Assembly (NCBI GenBank): GCA_019058275.1
Contig: JAHLVW010000016.1
Location: 1 to 64,000, forward strand
Direction of reading: 5' to 3'
From: Candidatus Heimdallarchaeota archaeon
GTDB taxonomy: Archaea > Asgardarchaeota > Heimdallarchaeia > JABLTI01
DNA length: 64,000 nucleotides
Below, piece by piece: positions 61,852-64,000 of the stretch; within the stretch, counting starts at the first letter, position 1, and every line of letters starts with the position of its first letter. The position numbers and the translations under genes are program-made. The notes beneath the pieces are model-generated. The model saw only the letters and a list, made by a program, of their open reading frames with translations. It was not told the DNA's origin and searched no databases.

Positions 61852-63249
61852 GTGGGACCAGAAATAAACAGACCAATAATCAAAAATAGAGATATCCTAC
61901 TTAATCCTCTACTTGAAAATGATATAATCAGTATAAGAAAGGTTGTTTTAGATATCCTTGAAGCTGGTGTGCTAGCTGCTGATCCTCAAGATGCTGTAAT
62001 GAGAGCCATTTCATGTAATGAAGATATGATTATTCTACCTGATGGATTAAAAAAGAAATTTTCTGAAATAGACAGAATATTCGTCATTGGTGTGGGAAAA
62101 GCCTCTGCTGCTATGGCAAATGCTCTCGAGACATTATTAGGTGAAAAGATCAGTAATGGTTATATTAATATCCCAGAAAATCAAAATTTAGAACTATTTG
62201 ATTTAAAGAAAGTCAAGGTTAATCCTGCAGGTCATCCTCTAGTTAATAAAGGGAGCATTGAGGGTACGAAGAAAATAATTGGTTTGCTAAAAGACCTAAC
62301 AACTTCAGATCTCATTTTCTGTTTACTAAGCGGAGGAGGTTCAGCACTCTTAGAATTGCCTGCTGATGGGATAACTTTAGATGATCTAAATTTGCTATTT
62401 AAGGAATTATCTCGAGTAGGTGCAACAATTCATGAATTAAATACTCTGAGAAAACATCTTTCTAAGGTCAAGGGAGGAAGACTCGCTCAAGCAGCACAAC
62501 CTGCTATGGTTGTTTCACTTATTATTAGCGATGTTGTAGGTGATGACCTTGATACTATAGCTTCTGGACCTACTGCTCCTGATAGATCAACTTGGTTAGA
62601 TACCAAGAAAATTATTGAGAAATATAATCTTTCAGAGACCATTCCAAGTTCCATAATGAAGATTATTGATGAAGGAATTAACGGGATAATTGATGACACT
62701 CCGAAATTCAACAATCTTGTTTTTAGGAATGTGAAGAATATAATAATTGCATCTAATAAATTGTCATGCAATGCAATGAAAGAATATGCAGAAGGTATTG
62801 GTTTACAGTCCACTATTGTTACAACTTCCTTATGTGGTGAAGCAAAGACAATTGGTAAAGATCTTGTAAAAGATATACGCGAACAACAAAACAAAACTGC
62901 ACTTATTATGGGTGGGGAAACGACAGTAACTATAAAAGGAAAAGGAAAGGGTGGGAGAAGTCAGGAATTAGTTTTAGCAAGTTGTGAAATGATTGGGGAT
63001 GAAAAGGGATTAGCTATAGCAGCTATTGGTTCTGATGGAATTGATGGACCAACTGATGTAGCAGGAGCAATTGTTGATAATTATGTATCTCAGCAAGGAC
63101 AAAAATTAGGATTAAAAATCAGCAAGTATCTTGAAAATAATGACTCGTATAATTACTTGAAAGAAACTAAAAGCCATATTATCACTGAACTGACAGGTAC
63201 TAATGTAATGGATCTTATAGTAGCAGTTAAAATGAGCTCAAAAATGTAG
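61852..63249 (+). CDS. Glycerate 2-kinase (GckA/TtuD, MOFRL family)
   Basis: GKAS, LSGGGSAL, RKHLSKVKGG, IASGPT, GGETTV, SDGIDG, TGTNVMD. Confidence 0.92.
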   Translation: MGPEINRPIIKNRDILLNPLLENDIISIRKVVLDILEAGVLAADPQDAVMRAISCNEDMIILPDGLKKKFSEIDRIFVIGVGKASAAMANALETLLGEKISNGYINIPENQNLELFDLKKVKVNPAGHPLVNKGSIEGTKKIIGLLKDLTTSDLIFCLLSGGGSALLELPADGITLDDLNLLFKELSRVGATIHELNTLRKHLSKVKGGRLAQAAQPAMVVSLIISDVVGDDLDTIASGPTAPDRSTWLDTKKIIEKYNLSETIPSSIMKIIDEGINGIIDDTPKFNNLVFRNVKNIIIASNKLSCNAMKEYAEGIGLQSTIVTTSLCGEAKTIGKDLVKDIREQQNKTALIMGGETTVTIKGKGKGGRSQELVLASCEMIGDEKGLAIAAIGSDGIDGPTDVAGAIVDNYVSQQGQKLGLKISKYLENNDSYNYLKETKSHIITELTGTNVMDLIVAVKMSSKM

Positions 63250-63420
63250 ATATTGCATATGCTTAAATCCTTATACTTAAATTAATAGACTTTTATATAG
63301 GTAGTATACTAGGATATTATTAGTTTCAAAGGGCCTTACAATCAAATCCTTTGAACTAAAATGCAAAGAATGGTAAATTTATAAGATAGTTGTAGTTATA
63401 AAATATCGAGTGTGTAACAA

Positions 63421-64000
63421 TTGGCAAACTCATCACTATATCAATATGCATCCAAATATGCTCAGAAAGCTTATGAGCAAGATAAGGCAGGAAATTATAA
63501 AGCAGCACATCAAAACTATTTGAAAGCAGCAGAGGTACTTCAACAGCTATTATCCTTTACAAGTAATCCTCAACTAAAAAACATGTACTATGTTAAGGCA
63601 AAAGAATACCTTGCACGTGCAAAAGAATTGAAAGATCAAGGATTACAACCTGTTGAATATGGTGGGAAGAGAAAGAAAGGTTCAAAGAAGAAAACATCAA
63701 AAAAATCAGATGAAGAATCTGATGAAGAGCAGGATGAATTAGAAGAAGCGATTTCTGATATTATTGTAGTTGAAAAACCAAATGTAAAAATGAGCAATGT
63801 AGCAGGATTAAAAGAAGCAAAAAGAGCATTAAGAGAAGCTATAATCTTGCCAATGAAAAGACCAGATCTCTTTAAAGGAGCAAGAAATCCTTGGAGAGGT
63901 ATTCTGCTTTTTGGTGCACCAGGTACTGGTAAAACACTTCTTGCAAGAGCTGTTGCAACAGAAGTAGATGCTACATTCTTTAACGTAAGTGCCTCTAGTA
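63421..64000 (+). CDS. vps4: Vps4/CdvC-like MIT-AAA ATPase (partial, runs off the window)
   Basis: Not in the ORF track; translated by hand: TTG start, MIT domain ([30 protein letters not shown]), [39 protein letters not shown]. Confidence 0.9.
   Translation, partial: MANSSLYQYASKYAQKAYEQDKAGNYKAAHQNYLKAAEVLQQLLSFTSNPQLKNMYYVKAKEYLARAKELKDQGLQPVEYGGKRKKGSKKKTSKKSDEESDEEQDELEEAISDIIVVEKPNVKMSNVAGLKEAKRALREAIILPMKRPDLFKGARNPWRGILLFGAPGTGKTLLARAVATEVDATFFNVSASS

Noticed and set aside
1-64000. CRISPR array, IS/transposase, integrase, rRNA
   Set aside because: No regularly spaced repeats, mobile-element enzyme motifs or rRNA-like sequence seen

Overview
AT-rich archaeal chromosome segment, most likely from an Asgard archaeon (inferred from a MIT-AAA Vps4, a longin-domain protein, L35Ae, aIF5A, Hjc, archaeal-type DnaG and many TPR/HEAT/winged-helix proteins). 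The left end (1-2100) holds two paralogous secreted or membrane-anchored proteins, possibly the edge of an integrated element, followed by a frameshifted serine hydrolase. The middle is mostly housekeeping and membrane genes. An 11-kb redox island (38.2-49.1 kb) has a group 3b [NiFe] hydrogenase operon back-to-back with an Flx-Hdr-like operon. The strongest unexplained signal is non-coding: a ~475-nt nested, multi-branched, plus-strand RNA structure (16236-16710). It starts ~25 nt after a TATA box and closes just before the dnaG ribosome-binding site, and this DnaG has an Arg/Pro-rich disordered insert. Other leads are a second GC-rich structured RNA (7607-7743), a beta-thymosin/WH2-like small protein, a membrane-anchored HEPN protein, a receptor-like PPC-TM-winged-helix protein and a membrane-anchored longin. 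I found no tRNA, rRNA, CRISPR array, transposase or integrase. All calls come from reading motifs by eye, with no database searches.
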